A DNA stretch of 64,000 nt from Candidatus Peregrinibacteria bacterium (GTDB lineage Bacteria; Patescibacteriota; Gracilibacteria; UBA1369). Within the stretch, counting starts at the first letter, position 1, and every line of letters starts with the position of its first letter. Made by a program: the position numbers and the translations under genes. The stretch lies in contig OY970195.1 of the NCBI GenBank assembly GCA_963708185.1, positions 1,184,001 to 1,248,000 on the forward strand. Direction: 5' to 3'. Under the pieces are notes generated by a model that saw nothing but the letters and a program-made list of their open reading frames with translations, made no database searches and was not told the DNA's origin. Shown piece after piece: positions 30,400 through 40,495 of the stretch.

Positions 30400-31753
30400 A
30401 TGGCACGACCAGCAGGAAGATATTTCGCTTCGGTCATCGCAAAGATCCGCGATGTCAGAAAAAAAGAACAGATCGTCATCGACGAGTCTTTCAAGATGCA
30501 GCTTCGCCAGAAGATCATGTTGAAGGTGACCGCACAAACCCAGCCGCAGACCAGCAACTGGCTGGAAAGATTTGCGCCATACAAGAGTTATCTTGCCGTT
30601 GTCCCCGCACTGGGCCTGGTCATCGTGGCGGTGGTGGGAATTTCGAAACTCCCCATTCAGTTTACGAGCAACGTCGTTGTTCCGACGTCAACTCCAACCC
30701 AGGAAAACAACAGTCAGGCTCAGAACGTCACGGCTCCGCAGGCCTCAGTTGTCGAGCAACCGTCTTCAACGGATTCTTCAGGCTTGATGACTTTCCCCGG
30801 GCGCCTGGCGCTCCCTTCGAGTTATTTTGAACAGAACGCTCCCGCAAATAGCGTGGCAGCTCAAGCGCCCGCTCCACAGCAGGATCTGAGTGCGAACGTC
30901 ATGGCTCCTTTGCAGGTGAATGCACCGGAAACTTCAGCGCCTCCCGCCACAAGCCAGCCGCAGAGTTCTTCGAATACCGCGAATATCGCGAACCCTTCAG
31001 GCAATGACCAGCAGCAAACAGCTCCGCAGACAACCGTACAACCTCCGGTCAGTCAGCAGCCGCAAGTCCAATATTTCGCTTTGAATACTCAATCAGACAA
31101 CAACACGCAGGTTGCGCAGGGGAACGTCGGAGCAGCTTCCACTTCTTCTCCGGTCCAGAGCCTCCGCGACTGCAACGGTTGAGCCGAGCGTTTCGGGAAG
31201 CACCCCGTCGGTTCCGGCAAATCAGGCACAGGCTCCGGCTCCACGTGAATCTTCGGTTTCCGGATACAATCCTTCGGTCCCGGCTGATCAGGCCGCCGCT
31301 ACCCCTGCACAGGAAACGTCGACTTCTCCCGCAGGCGCGGCAACAGGCAGCGCCACAGCGGCTCCCGTGGTGCAAAAATCCGCTTCCTCGACCTCTTCCA
31401 GGGCATACAGTTCACAGCTTTTCCGTTCAACGTCGAACACGGCTCCGGCCGAGTCTTTATTGCCGGCATTGAATGACATCGCGGCACTTCCCGCTCAACA
31501 GCTGGATGTGAACGTCATCTATAACGGAAATTTTTCCGCCGATGAACGCACCGTGCTGGAACAGAATCTTGTTCCGAATCTTATCGACAGCCGGAACGGT
31601 TCGGTCGAAAAGGTTTACGTGAATCAAAAAGACGCCGCAACACTCGATATCACCATCAGTTATTCTTCGGGTTTCTCGGTGATTTATACGTATTCCGTCG
31701 GTGCCAACGGGAACCTTGCGCTGACGAAATCCACCGTCAAAGTCACGCAGTAG
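30400..31753 (+). CDS. Putative anti-sigma factor with TM and long Ser/Pro/Gln/Ala-rich extracellular linker; apparent frameshift ~31160
   Basis: DESFKMQLRQKI anti-sigma-like helix, TM; ORFs 30400..31182 and 31112..31753 share composition and join. Confidence 0.7.
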
Positions 31754-33197
31754 GCTTCCGTCTGAACCTTTTTTGCACGAGAATACCCACGCTGATCCAG
31801 AAGAAGATCATGATTTGAGCGAAGAGCAGACTGTTGACGAAGAGCGAGTGGACGAGCAGCCCCATGGTTCCGGCAAAAACCCCAAGACCATAGCCCTGCC
31901 ACATCAGGGGTATTTTTTTGCTGCGCCAGTTCTGAAAAGAAAGCTTGAGCGCATTCCAGTACAGCCAGAGGAAAGGGAAGAGTCCCAGGACGCCGGTGGT
32001 GGCGAGGATGGTGAGGAGGCTGGAGTCGGAGCCGCTCGCGGAATGGACGTCGGTGTTCTGAATGAAGCCTTCGTCGTATTTGACGTATTTGAGGGTGTTG
32101 TACCCGCTGCCCAGAAGCGGCCGCTGCCAGATGAGCTCGAGGGTCTGGTTCCAGGACTGGATGCGGAGCCGCGCGGTGGGGTCCGGATTTGTGCTGGTGT
32201 TGAAAACGAAGGATTCGACACTGTGATAGAGGTCGTCGACGCGTTCCTGGGCGCGCGGCAGGAAGTTGAGGGCGACGATGAAAATGATAACGCTCCCGAT
32301 GAGCAGTTTTCGTGATTTGAGAATGCCGATGATTCCGAGGGCAGCGGCCGCAGCAAGGTATCCCGATCGAGAGTAGGTGAGAAAGAGCGCTACGGCCAAG
32401 ACGGCCACGATGACGATGAGTCCGCTTTTTTTGGCGAGGCTTTTGGTGTAGAGCGTGATGCCGACGACAATGGCAAGGATGTAACTGATGAATCCGGCGA
32501 TGAAGTTGGGGTCGAGCCAGGTCGATACCAGGCGGTTCATGTGCGGGTCCCAGCCGTATTCGACGAGGTTACCGAGATCGGGATAGATGATAAGCTGAAT
32601 GAATCCGGCGACGGCGATGAGCATCGCCGAGATCACCATGGTTTTTATGATGACCATGGCATCTTTGGTGTTTTTGGCCGTGTCCATGGTGATGATTCCC
32701 AGCATCACATACTCAAGGAGGCGCACAAGGTACAGTGACCCCGCGGCGACTTCGCCGGGCTGGAGAAAGGCCAGACTCACGAGGAGTGAAAAAACAGCTA
32801 TGAGCGAAAAAAGCTCCAGCGGACGGTTGAATTCGGTTTCGGGAAATTTCTGACGTTTGCGGATTTTTTCAACAAGCCAAACCGCAACAATGGCGGCGAT
32901 GGCCACGTCGCTGATGAGCGTTCCGTTGTCCGGTCCAAAAGGCAGACGATACAATTCGCCGATGACGGGAAGAAACAGGACGGCTCCGAGACCCACGAGC
33001 ATTTTTTTGCGAACGACCAGAACGGTGAGCGCGGCAATGAAGGCCGTCACGATGAAGAAGGTCTGCGTGGCTATTCCGTACCCGACGCCAAGTGCCGCGA
33101 TGCCCGTCAGGGTCCAGTACAGCGCCGAAGCCCAATCGAATCCGCGTATGTTGCCCGGCGCGGGTTTGCCGGCGGATTTTTTTATTTGAACATTCAA
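31743..33197 (-). CDS. O-antigen ligase/polymerase-like (Wzy_C) membrane protein
   Basis: Many TMs; RLVSTWLDPN, LFLTYSRSGY, R…W…PLLGSGY. Confidence 0.88.
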   Translation of the reverse strand: MNVQIKKSAGKPAPGNIRGFDWASALYWTLTGIAALGVGYGIATQTFFIVTAFIAALTVLVVRKKMLVGLGAVLFLPVIGELYRLPFGPDNGTLISDVAIAAIVAVWLVEKIRKRQKFPETEFNRPLELFSLIAVFSLLVSLAFLQPGEVAAGSLYLVRLLEYVMLGIITMDTAKNTKDAMVIIKTMVISAMLIAVAGFIQLIIYPDLGNLVEYGWDPHMNRLVSTWLDPNFIAGFISYILAIVVGITLYTKSLAKKSGLIVIVAVLAVALFLTYSRSGYLAAAAALGIIGILKSRKLLIGSVIIFIVALNFLPRAQERVDDLYHSVESFVFNTSTNPDPTARLRIQSWNQTLELIWQRPLLGSGYNTLKYVKYDEGFIQNTDVHSASGSDSSLLTILATTGVLGLFPFLWLYWNALKLSFQNWRSKKIPLMWQGYGLGVFAGTMGLLVHSLFVNSLLFAQIMIFFWISVGILVQKRFRRKPTA

Positions 33198-33246
33198 AAT
33201 TCAGTGTTTAGAATAGGCAAGCCGTATTCTACAGATTGTTTACAGT

Positions 33247-33867
33247 ATGGAAAAGTTCAAGCGAGTTCTTATCGCCACTTCAAACAAGGGAAAATTCCGG
33301 GAAATGATGGAAGTCCTGGGAGTCCTGCCTTACGAATTTGTCCGTCTGGACGAACTCGGCATCGCCGGCGATTGTGAAGAAAATGCGGACAGTTTTGAAG
33401 GCAATGCCATGCTCAAGGCCCACTACTATCATCAAAAGTCGGGGCTTTTGACGATATCCGAAGATTCGGGAATCCTCGTGGACGCACTGGACGGTGAACT
33501 TGGCATTAAAACGCGCCGCTGGGGAGCCGGCGAAAAAGCCAGCGACGAAGCATGGATCGAGTTTTTTTTGAAACGGATGGCGGATGTGCCGCACCAGCGG
33601 CGCGGGGCAAAGTTCGTGTGCTGTTCGGCCGTTCTCGACGAAAAAGGCGGTGAACATCTTTTCAGAGGTGAAACCGAGGGGATCATCACGCAAACGCTGG
33701 AGGCACCCATTTATCAGGGGCTTCCGTTAAGTTCATGTTTCAAACCGGTCGGACAGGATAAAGTCTACGCGGCATTGACTCCTGCGGAAAAAAATCAGGT
33801 CAGTCATCGCGGAAAAGCCATGAAACAGGTTCATGACTGGCTGGCGGAACATGCCGAACTAGGTTAG
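33247..33867 (+). CDS. rdgB: Non-canonical purine NTP pyrophosphatase (Ham1)
   Basis: IATSNKGK..E, NAMLKA, EDSGI.VDAL.G..G, EKNQVSHRGKA. Confidence 0.93.
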   Translation: MEKFKRVLIATSNKGKFREMMEVLGVLPYEFVRLDELGIAGDCEENADSFEGNAMLKAHYYHQKSGLLTISEDSGILVDALDGELGIKTRRWGAGEKASDEAWIEFFLKRMADVPHQRRGAKFVCCSAVLDEKGGEHLFRGETEGIITQTLEAPIYQGLPLSSCFKPVGQDKVYAALTPAEKNQVSHRGKAMKQVHDWLAEHAELG

Positions 33868-35430
33868 TTTTTTTTCGACGATGCGTACGCACCAGGCGAA
33901 TGCCGGGCGGATGTTTTTTGGAATCATTTGGAGGAGGTTGTTGAGAATGCCGACGTCCTGCCGGTTGAAGCCGGTTTTGAGCATCGTCGCGGCGTAGACC
34001 GCGACCGCGAGCAGGGCGATGACCGCGCGGAAGGCCAGCGGGTACGGATTGATCGCAAGAAAGAGTCCGGCCATGAGAATGTTCACGAAAAATACGCGCA
34101 CCATGTATTTGTTGAAAATGCCGAGCCGGTATTTTTTTGCGTTGATGAGGGCCAGCCCGATTGAGAAAAACTGGCTGATGACGTTGGAAAGCATGGCTCC
34201 GACTGCCTGATATCTGGTGATGAGGTAGAAATCGAGGGCGATGTTCACGACGGCGGTGGAAATGTTGAAAAACATCGTTTTTTTCATTTCGTGTTTGAGC
34301 ATGGGAATGCTGCCGGCGGGCGTGATGATGACGGCGATGGCGTGAGCGAAGACCAATGGGGGGAAAAGCAGGGCGACTTCCTCAAAACCTTTTCCATAGA
34401 GAAGCGTCACGACATCGCCGAGAAAAAGGCTTGTCAGCAAGGCCAAAGGCAGGATGAGCATGGCGAGATATTTGGTGCCGTGCCGGGTGATCATCAACAG
34501 TTTGTCCTGTTTTTCAGAAGCCACGACTTCGGCGGAGGTAGCGTTGAGGACGCCGTTGATCGGTCCCCATACGCTGATGAACAGGACCGCCAGCGAGTAG
34601 GCCAGGGTGTACACCGCGATCTGGCTGCTGTCGCTGAACATGCCGAGGAATAAAAGTTCGGAGCGTTCCCAGACGATCTGCGTGCTTAAAATACTGACGT
34701 AGGCGTAAATGCTGTAGGAAAAAAGTTTTTCGCTCCGTGTGTCCGAAGCGGCGGGGGCGTCCACGTGAAGGTTTTGTCCGCTGCGGAACGCGGAAGGAGG
34801 TCTGGAAAGGAGGTCGCGGCTCTGGAAGGCGAGGATCAGCGCCGAAACCAGGTTGAGCCCGGTGTACAGCCAAAGGAAGTTGAGAATGCTTTGCTGAGTA
34901 GCCACGAAGCCGAGGATGAGCAGAAGATTGAGCACGCTCGTGGTGATGTACGTTGAGGAGAGTTTCTTGAACTCCTGCACTGCGGTCAGACTGCTGTTGA
35001 AAAAGTTGTTGAGACTGAGCGGGATGACGGAAAGAAACGTCACGGCGAGCAGCAGGGCGGTGTCGGGACGGTCAAAATGGATGAGGCTCTGGAAGAAGCC
35101 GACGCCGGCAATGCAGAGCGCCGAAATGATGACAGATCCGGCGATCTGAACGGTGAGGAGTTTTCTGGCGATGAGGCCGGTCTCGTTTTTTTCGCCGAAG
35201 AAGTACCTGGGAAAATATCTTGCCGCGGTCTGCTGGAAGCCGAAGCCGGCGATGATGCCCAGGACGCTCGACAGCCACAGAAAATAACTGTACTGACCGT
35301 ACACGTCCTTGCCGAAGTACCTCGTCACTGCGATGGAAATGCCGAAGCCGCACAACGAAGCCATAATGAAACTCGTGGTGGCCCACAGGCTGTTTCTGGT
35401 GATTTTTGCGGTGTAGCTTTGCGGCATCAT
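33859..35430 (-). CDS. Polysaccharide flippase (Wzx-like)
   Basis: ~13-14 TMs; TRYFGKDVYGQYSY, L.LGMF…AVYTLA. Confidence 0.88.
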   Translation of the reverse strand: MMPQSYTAKITRNSLWATTSFIMASLCGFGISIAVTRYFGKDVYGQYSYFLWLSSVLGIIAGFGFQQTAARYFPRYFFGEKNETGLIARKLLTVQIAGSVIISALCIAGVGFFQSLIHFDRPDTALLLAVTFLSVIPLSLNNFFNSSLTAVQEFKKLSSTYITTSVLNLLLILGFVATQQSILNFLWLYTGLNLVSALILAFQSRDLLSRPPSAFRSGQNLHVDAPAASDTRSEKLFSYSIYAYVSILSTQIVWERSELLFLGMFSDSSQIAVYTLAYSLAVLFISVWGPINGVLNATSAEVVASEKQDKLLMITRHGTKYLAMLILPLALLTSLFLGDVVTLLYGKGFEEVALLFPPLVFAHAIAVIITPAGSIPMLKHEMKKTMFFNISTAVVNIALDFYLITRYQAVGAMLSNVISQFFSIGLALINAKKYRLGIFNKYMVRVFFVNILMAGLFLAINPYPLAFRAVIALLAVAVYAATMLKTGFNRQDVGILNNLLQMIPKNIRPAFAWCVRIVEKKLT

Positions 35431-35436
35431 ACAGGG

Positions 35437-36480
35437 TTATTGTTTTGAGGCGTGCGGCTTTTTGTTTTTGCGTTTCGCCCTGAACCAACGGATCTGCGGG
35501 ACCGCCGTGCTGATTTTAACGTAAGCGTCGACGGAAAAATAGACGGCTACGCCGAACTTCGCAAGCACGAGGTTGAGTAAAGCACCAAGACGTTTTTTGC
35601 TCAATTTGAAGCCCCATGAGAAGTATTGGAACGCACGTTTGGTTTCGCCTTTTTCCACGAGAAAACATCCGGTGAGGCTGGCCAGTTTGGCGAAAATTTC
35701 GAGACGGTGACGGTCCATGGGGTAGTTTTCGAGGGCGTCCGTGACTTTTTCCAGATCCGGGATTTCGTCGTTCTTGTAGAGGGCGTCGAAATTTTCTTTG
35801 TTGAGACGGTTGCGTACCTTGATCTGTTTGCGGAAGTTCGCGCCGCTGATGCTGTGGATGTTCATGTTGTATTCGCCGAGGACGTCCCTGAGATTTTCGA
35901 TCTTGCCGCGGTTTTTCATGCGGATCCACAATCCGTAGTCTTCGGCTGGATATTCGCCTTCAAGGTATCCTCCGCAATCGATGAAAGTTTTTTTGCGGAA
36001 GATGACGGCGCTGTGGACGAAAGCGCAGTTATAGACCATGAACCAGCGATTGAGAAAATCTTCGCTGAAGGTGTCGGTGAAACCGGTGAAGGTTTTCCCT
36101 CCGCGCATGACTTTATAGGTCGCTCCGAGCAAAACGGTCTGCGGATGTTTTTGCATGTAGTCGTATTCGATTTCGAGACGCCGCGGGTAGGTGACGTCGT
36201 CGGCGTCGATGCGGGCGATGAGATCGGCGCGGGCATGCATGGCCAGGCTGTTGAGGCTCCTGACGATTCCGCTGTTGCGCTGATGGAACACTTTGACGCG
36301 TCGGTCTTTTTTGGCGTAGGTTTCCAGAATCTGGCGCGAACGGTCGGTTGATCCGTCGTCCATGGCGAGCAGTTCGAAATCCGGGAACGTCTGGTCGATG
36401 ATGTTCTTCATGACCGAATGGAGGTGCTGTTCTCCGTTATAGACGGGCATGAGGACGCTGATTTTCGGCTTATTGTTCAA
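35437..36480 (-). CDS. Glycosyltransferase family 2
   Basis: ISVLMPVYNGE, DDGSTD, ARIDADD, EDY.LW. Confidence 0.93.
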   Translation of the reverse strand: MNNKPKISVLMPVYNGEQHLHSVMKNIIDQTFPDFELLAMDDGSTDRSRQILETYAKKDRRVKVFHQRNSGIVRSLNSLAMHARADLIARIDADDVTYPRRLEIEYDYMQKHPQTVLLGATYKVMRGGKTFTGFTDTFSEDFLNRWFMVYNCAFVHSAVIFRKKTFIDCGGYLEGEYPAEDYGLWIRMKNRGKIENLRDVLGEYNMNIHSISGANFRKQIKVRNRLNKENFDALYKNDEIPDLEKVTDALENYPMDRHRLEIFAKLASLTGCFLVEKGETKRAFQYFSWGFKLSKKRLGALLNLVLAKFGVAVYFSVDAYVKISTAVPQIRWFRAKRKNKKPHASKQ

Positions 36481-37558
36481 GGCAGGTGCGGTAAAATTTT
36501 TCCTGTTCGTTGACGATGTTGTCCCAGAGATGTCGTTTGGCCCAGGCGTGGGCGGACCGGCCCAATGAAGAAAGGCGCTCTTTGTCGTTCAAAAGGTCGG
36601 CGCAGCTTTGGGCGAACTTTTGGGGGTCGTACGCCGGGACGCCAATGCCGATGTTTTCAGCGATGAGTTCGTGGAGGTTGGGGATGTCGAAAAAGATCGC
36701 AGGTTTTCCGTATGATGCGGCTTCGAGCATGCTGAAAGGAAGGATTTCGAAATTAGAGGGCATGATGAGCGCCGCGGAGTCCTTGATCAAACGCTCCTTG
36801 TCGGCGCCGGTAACTTTTCCCTTGTAGATGAGGTTTTTAAGCCCCATCGTTTTGAATTCACGCAGGAAGCGTGCACGGTCGCGCCCGTCTCCGGCGACGA
36901 TGATTTCCAGGTCGGGCATTTTTTTGCCGAGGATTTCTGCCGTTTTCAAAAGATGGTCGATGCCTTTGTGGTGATAGTCGATTCTTCCCAAAAAGAGCAG
37001 TTGATTTTTATGCGCATGGTGGGCTTCGGGAACGCGGGTCAGTCCGTTGGGAATTACGGCGATGCGCGCCTTGCCGTTGAGTTTGGAGATTTCACGTTTG
37101 AGGTTCCGGGTGAGGACGATGAAGTTTTTATAGAGCCCGGCCGCGTGTTTTTCGACAACCCAGAAGGGGAGATGGTGCTTTTTGGAAGACTGTTTGGCGA
37201 AGAGCGACTGGATCTGCGAAATAACGGGTTTTTTGGTGTAGAGCGGACTCATGCCGAAGCTCATCGGGGGAATGTTTTCCTCCACCACCAGATCGTAGTC
37301 GTATTTGTTCAGGATAAAAGGCACGGACAAAAAATAGGAAATGAAGTTGAAGGGATAACGCTTCAGCCCGATGCGTTCGTAGCGGACGCCTTCGCGGGTG
37401 GTGTTTTTGGCCCCGGGATAGTTCATGGTCACCACGGTGACATTGTGTCCTTTTTGGACGAGACGGCGGTTTATTTCAAAGGTGCGGACGGCCTGGCCGC
37501 CGCCCGCCGGACTTTCCGGGTCGTCAAAGTCGAGATGGAGGATTTTCATGGTCTTCAC
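36470..37558 (-). CDS. Glycosyltransferase family 4
   Basis: GGG, VIPNG, FLGRI…KG, PS.FE…LEAASYGKP. Confidence 0.93.
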   Translation of the reverse strand: MKTMKILHLDFDDPESPAGGGQAVRTFEINRRLVQKGHNVTVVTMNYPGAKNTTREGVRYERIGLKRYPFNFISYFLSVPFILNKYDYDLVVEENIPPMSFGMSPLYTKKPVISQIQSLFAKQSSKKHHLPFWVVEKHAAGLYKNFIVLTRNLKREISKLNGKARIAVIPNGLTRVPEAHHAHKNQLLFLGRIDYHHKGIDHLLKTAEILGKKMPDLEIIVAGDGRDRARFLREFKTMGLKNLIYKGKVTGADKERLIKDSAALIMPSNFEILPFSMLEAASYGKPAIFFDIPNLHELIAENIGIGVPAYDPQKFAQSCADLLNDKERLSSLGRSAHAWAKRHLWDNIVNEQEKFYRTCLEQ

Positions 37559-38517
37559 GACATTTCAACCTTAATGAGCAAGAACTCTTTTTCTTCGGGG
37601 ATGTTTTTTGGCTCCTTCCACAGTGCTGATATTCCGGCGATGAGCCCGACGGCGTACACGAGGTGGGTCAGCGGGAAGAGGCCGAGCATGGTGAAAAATA
37701 CGGAAGCGTTTTCCCATTCGATCGCCGTCATCAGCGAGAAGGATGCGTCCAGCGCGAGGTAGGCGATCAGCGGGAAAAAATACAACGGAAGGTGAATCCA
37801 GACGAGACTCACGAGATAAATAAGGAAAAATACCGGAACAAAAAAGGTCGGATCAAGGTGGTCCGGTTTCTTGACGGAATGCAGCGTGCGTCCTTTTCCC
37901 CAGTTGTAAATCTGCTTCATGTAGGCGCGCAGACTTTTGCGGCGATGGTGGTAGATATAGAACTCGGGATTGTATGCAAGCAGGCAGCCTTTTTTGGTGA
38001 GACGCGCCAGGAGGTCGTTTTCTTCGTTAGGGCAGATTTCCGGATCAAAAAGGTTTTCTTTGAGCGTCTTGGCGCGGAAGGCGAGATTGCAGGTGATGAG
38101 GTGTTTTTCGCTGACGGTGCCGATGTTGCTGACCGGGCGATACCGTGCGGCGGTTTCGAGTCCGACAAACGGCGAAGCGTGCGCGAAACCGAAACAGTGC
38201 TGGATGTAGCTGTTTTCCGGAGGCGTCAGGTTCGGCCCTCCCACGACCTGAACTTCGGGATTTTTTTCAAAAGTCTCGAGCGCTTTTTCAATTTTTCCTT
38301 TGGGGATGATGATGTCGTCGTCGAAAAAGAAAATGTAGTCGCCGGTGGCGGCTTTGATGCCCATGTTTCTCTGGACCGGAAGCCACGTTCCCTTGATGAT
38401 GAAGATCTCCATGTCCACGCCGTGCGGTTTTACTTTCTGGAGGTTTTGCAAAACGTCGTCGGCGGAACGGTCTGGCGCCGATGGAACAAGGACGGAAATT
38501 TTTGTCGCTGAAGACAT
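37555..38517 (-). CDS. Glycosyltransferase family 2 with C-terminal TMs
   Basis: QRNMG..AA.GDYIFFFDDD, CNLAFR, EE.DL, Q…WG.GR. Confidence 0.9.
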   Translation of the reverse strand: MSSATKISVLVPSAPDRSADDVLQNLQKVKPHGVDMEIFIIKGTWLPVQRNMGIKAATGDYIFFFDDDIIIPKGKIEKALETFEKNPEVQVVGGPNLTPPENSYIQHCFGFAHASPFVGLETAARYRPVSNIGTVSEKHLITCNLAFRAKTLKENLFDPEICPNEENDLLARLTKKGCLLAYNPEFYIYHHRRKSLRAYMKQIYNWGKGRTLHSVKKPDHLDPTFFVPVFFLIYLVSLVWIHLPLYFFPLIAYLALDASFSLMTAIEWENASVFFTMLGLFPLTHLVYAVGLIAGISALWKEPKNIPEEKEFLLIKVEMS

Positions 38518-38578
38518 TCCGGGTATATAAAAAACGCTTAACGCTTCTTGGCTTGCAGGTGCATTTTAGCGTTTTTTT

Positions 38579-39376
38579 TTACTTCTGGCTATGGCCGCGC
38601 CTCGATGGGCGTTTTTTGGAATGTTTTTTCTGCTTGGGCGCGGGTTTTTTCATATTGTCCCGCAGGTATGACCAGCCGAGGATCGATCCGAAGAAAAGGA
38701 ACAGCGCCAGCGATGCCCAGAAATAGAGCTGGAAGAAAGGATTGCTGCCGAAATCGGAATACTGCTTCTGGACCGGCTGCGGGTTCGAAGTCACCTTCAC
38801 GTCGACGCGCAGGGCGATTCTCACCGCGATGTTCACGTTGGCGTTTCTGGCGTCGGGTTTGGTTTTTTCGGCGGCCACACCGCCGCTGTAGGTCCCTTCG
38901 GACGTTCCGTCGGGAATGGAAACGGTGAATCTTTCTTTTCTGGTTTCGCCGGGCTGGAGGATGATTTCGGGATCGTCGAAACTGATCCATTTGCCCAGTC
39001 CGACCGCGGTCTGACCTTTGGTTTTCAAGGCGAATGAGCCCTGCGCGGTCCTGGTTTCGTCAGCGCCGTACAGGCTGAACTTCAAGGGAACGTCGGAAGC
39101 GTTTTTGAGCAAAACATAATCCTGCGCGCCCTGCCCCGGCTTGAGTTCGAAGATGAAGCGTTTGGGGTCGGTGGTGTTGGGATTGGCGATGACGAAGTTG
39201 AAACTGTCTTCGTTGATGTTCGGCTGGGGCTGGGCGCCGATTGCCTGCGCGGCGGTCTGCTGGGTGGCATTGGTAAACCACGATGCTCCCTGCTGCGTCG
39301 GTGTTTGCTGCGCCTGGGCCAGGAAGATACCAGTACAAAAGAAACCCACAAGAATGATTCCGACTTTTCTGAACAT
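38579..39376 (-). CDS. DUF916-like (WxL-interacting) single-domain membrane protein
   Basis: F.FELKPG…D.V..KN…LYGAD…G.F…GKWI…LQPGE…FTV.IP…GTYSGGV; C-terminal TM and basic tail. Confidence 0.8.
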   Translation of the reverse strand: MFRKVGIILVGFFCTGIFLAQAQQTPTQQGASWFTNATQQTAAQAIGAQPQPNINEDSFNFVIANPNTTDPKRFIFELKPGQGAQDYVLLKNASDVPLKFSLYGADETRTAQGSFALKTKGQTAVGLGKWISFDDPEIILQPGETRKERFTVSIPDGTSEGTYSGGVAAEKTKPDARNANVNIAVRIALRVDVKVTSNPQPVQKQYSDFGSNPFFQLYFWASLALFLFFGSILGWSYLRDNMKKPAPKQKKHSKKRPSRRGHSQK

Positions 39377-39377
39377 A

Positions 39378-40481
39378 TTATTTTTGAGAAGGTACCTGGA
39401 TTTTATCGCCTTTGTTCAAGGCGTATGGAGGTTTGAGTTTGTTGAGTTTGGCCAGTTTTTTCCAGCCGACGCCGGCTTTCCTGGCGATGCTCACGAGAGT
39501 CTCTCCGTCCTGCACGATATAGGCTTTGGACATTTTCCTGAGTTTTTTCATGGTGAAGACCTTTGCCAAAACGTAGATGAGGATGAGGGCAAGAACGGCC
39601 AGCACCACTGCCGCGATGTTCCAGGGGATGACCCAGAACGAAAGTGTTTTTGTGATCTCTTTGGGGTTGATGTTCTGGTTGTTGGCGACATCGTATTCGT
39701 AGAAGGTGGTGGTCGCTTTGGCCGTGAAAAAGCCGAAAAACGGTTTCTGGTCCCAGTCGTAGGGGACGTTGATTTTTTCGTTCTGGAGAAGCGTGGTTTC
39801 GGGGATCTTCACTTCCTGGGTGTCGCTTCCGAAGAAGTTGTTGATTTCAATTTTGGGTTCCACGGTGATGGCGGCGTTGCCGTTGTTGCTGAAGCTCAGC
39901 GTGAAACGTTGTTTGTCGTTCGGGGTGACGACGTGGGCGTAGTCGTCCCAGTTGTAGTCCACGTTCTTTTGTCCGGGAACGGAAACAAAGAGTTTGACGA
40001 CGAGTCGTGAAGAAATGACGACGCCGGCTCCCGTATTGCCTTTTCCTTTCGATGTGGAATCGTTCTGGACGGTCGTCGTTTCCGCGGCGATGCCTCCGGC
40101 ATAGTTGCCCGGCGTTACCTGGTCGGGCATGGTCATGGTGAAGGGGATTTCTCGCTTTTCACCCCCCTGGAGGGTTATCGTACTGTCCTTGAAAGCGACC
40201 CATTTGCCGACGGTCCTTTGCGTTGCGGTGCGATTGACGAGCGCGAAAGACCCCTGGTTGCTGTGGGTGGAATCGGCTCCATACAATAAGAGTGTGAGCG
40301 GTTGGGGATTGTTGTTTTCAATAACGATGGAGTCCTGTTTGGTTTCGCCCGGCTTGAGTTCAAAATTGAACTGGCGGCGGTCACCGCCGTCGGAAGGCGT
40401 CATGCTGAATCCCGCCTGCGTGACGGGGATGAAGCCGGCAAGGGTTATGAACAGTGCGATGATCGAGGCGAACTTTTTCAT
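39378..40481 (-). CDS. DUF916/DUF3324-like WxL-interacting protein, TM, C-terminal LysM
   Basis: ELKPGETKQDSI..EN, LYGAD, PGNYAGGI; N.GN second Ig-like domain; IPW-TM; YIVQDGETLVSIA…LN.L…G..I.VP. Confidence 0.85.
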   Translation of the reverse strand: MKKFASIIALFITLAGFIPVTQAGFSMTPSDGGDRRQFNFELKPGETKQDSIVIENNNPQPLTLLLYGADSTHSNQGSFALVNRTATQRTVGKWVAFKDSTITLQGGEKREIPFTMTMPDQVTPGNYAGGIAAETTTVQNDSTSKGKGNTGAGVVISSRLVVKLFVSVPGQKNVDYNWDDYAHVVTPNDKQRFTLSFSNNGNAAITVEPKIEINNFFGSDTQEVKIPETTLLQNEKINVPYDWDQKPFFGFFTAKATTTFYEYDVANNQNINPKEITKTLSFWVIPWNIAAVVLAVLALILIYVLAKVFTMKKLRKMSKAYIVQDGETLVSIARKAGVGWKKLAKLNKLKPPYALNKGDKIQVPSQK

Positions 40482-40495
40482 TTTGGTGTTGGCGT

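Noticed and set aside
640-31170. Frameshifts at ~643, ~923, ~27455 and ~31160 as programmed frameshifting or pseudogenes
   Set aside because: Scattered single indels in GC runs of unrelated, otherwise intact genes with no clear slippery-site context; most likely assembly errors (read mapping would decide)
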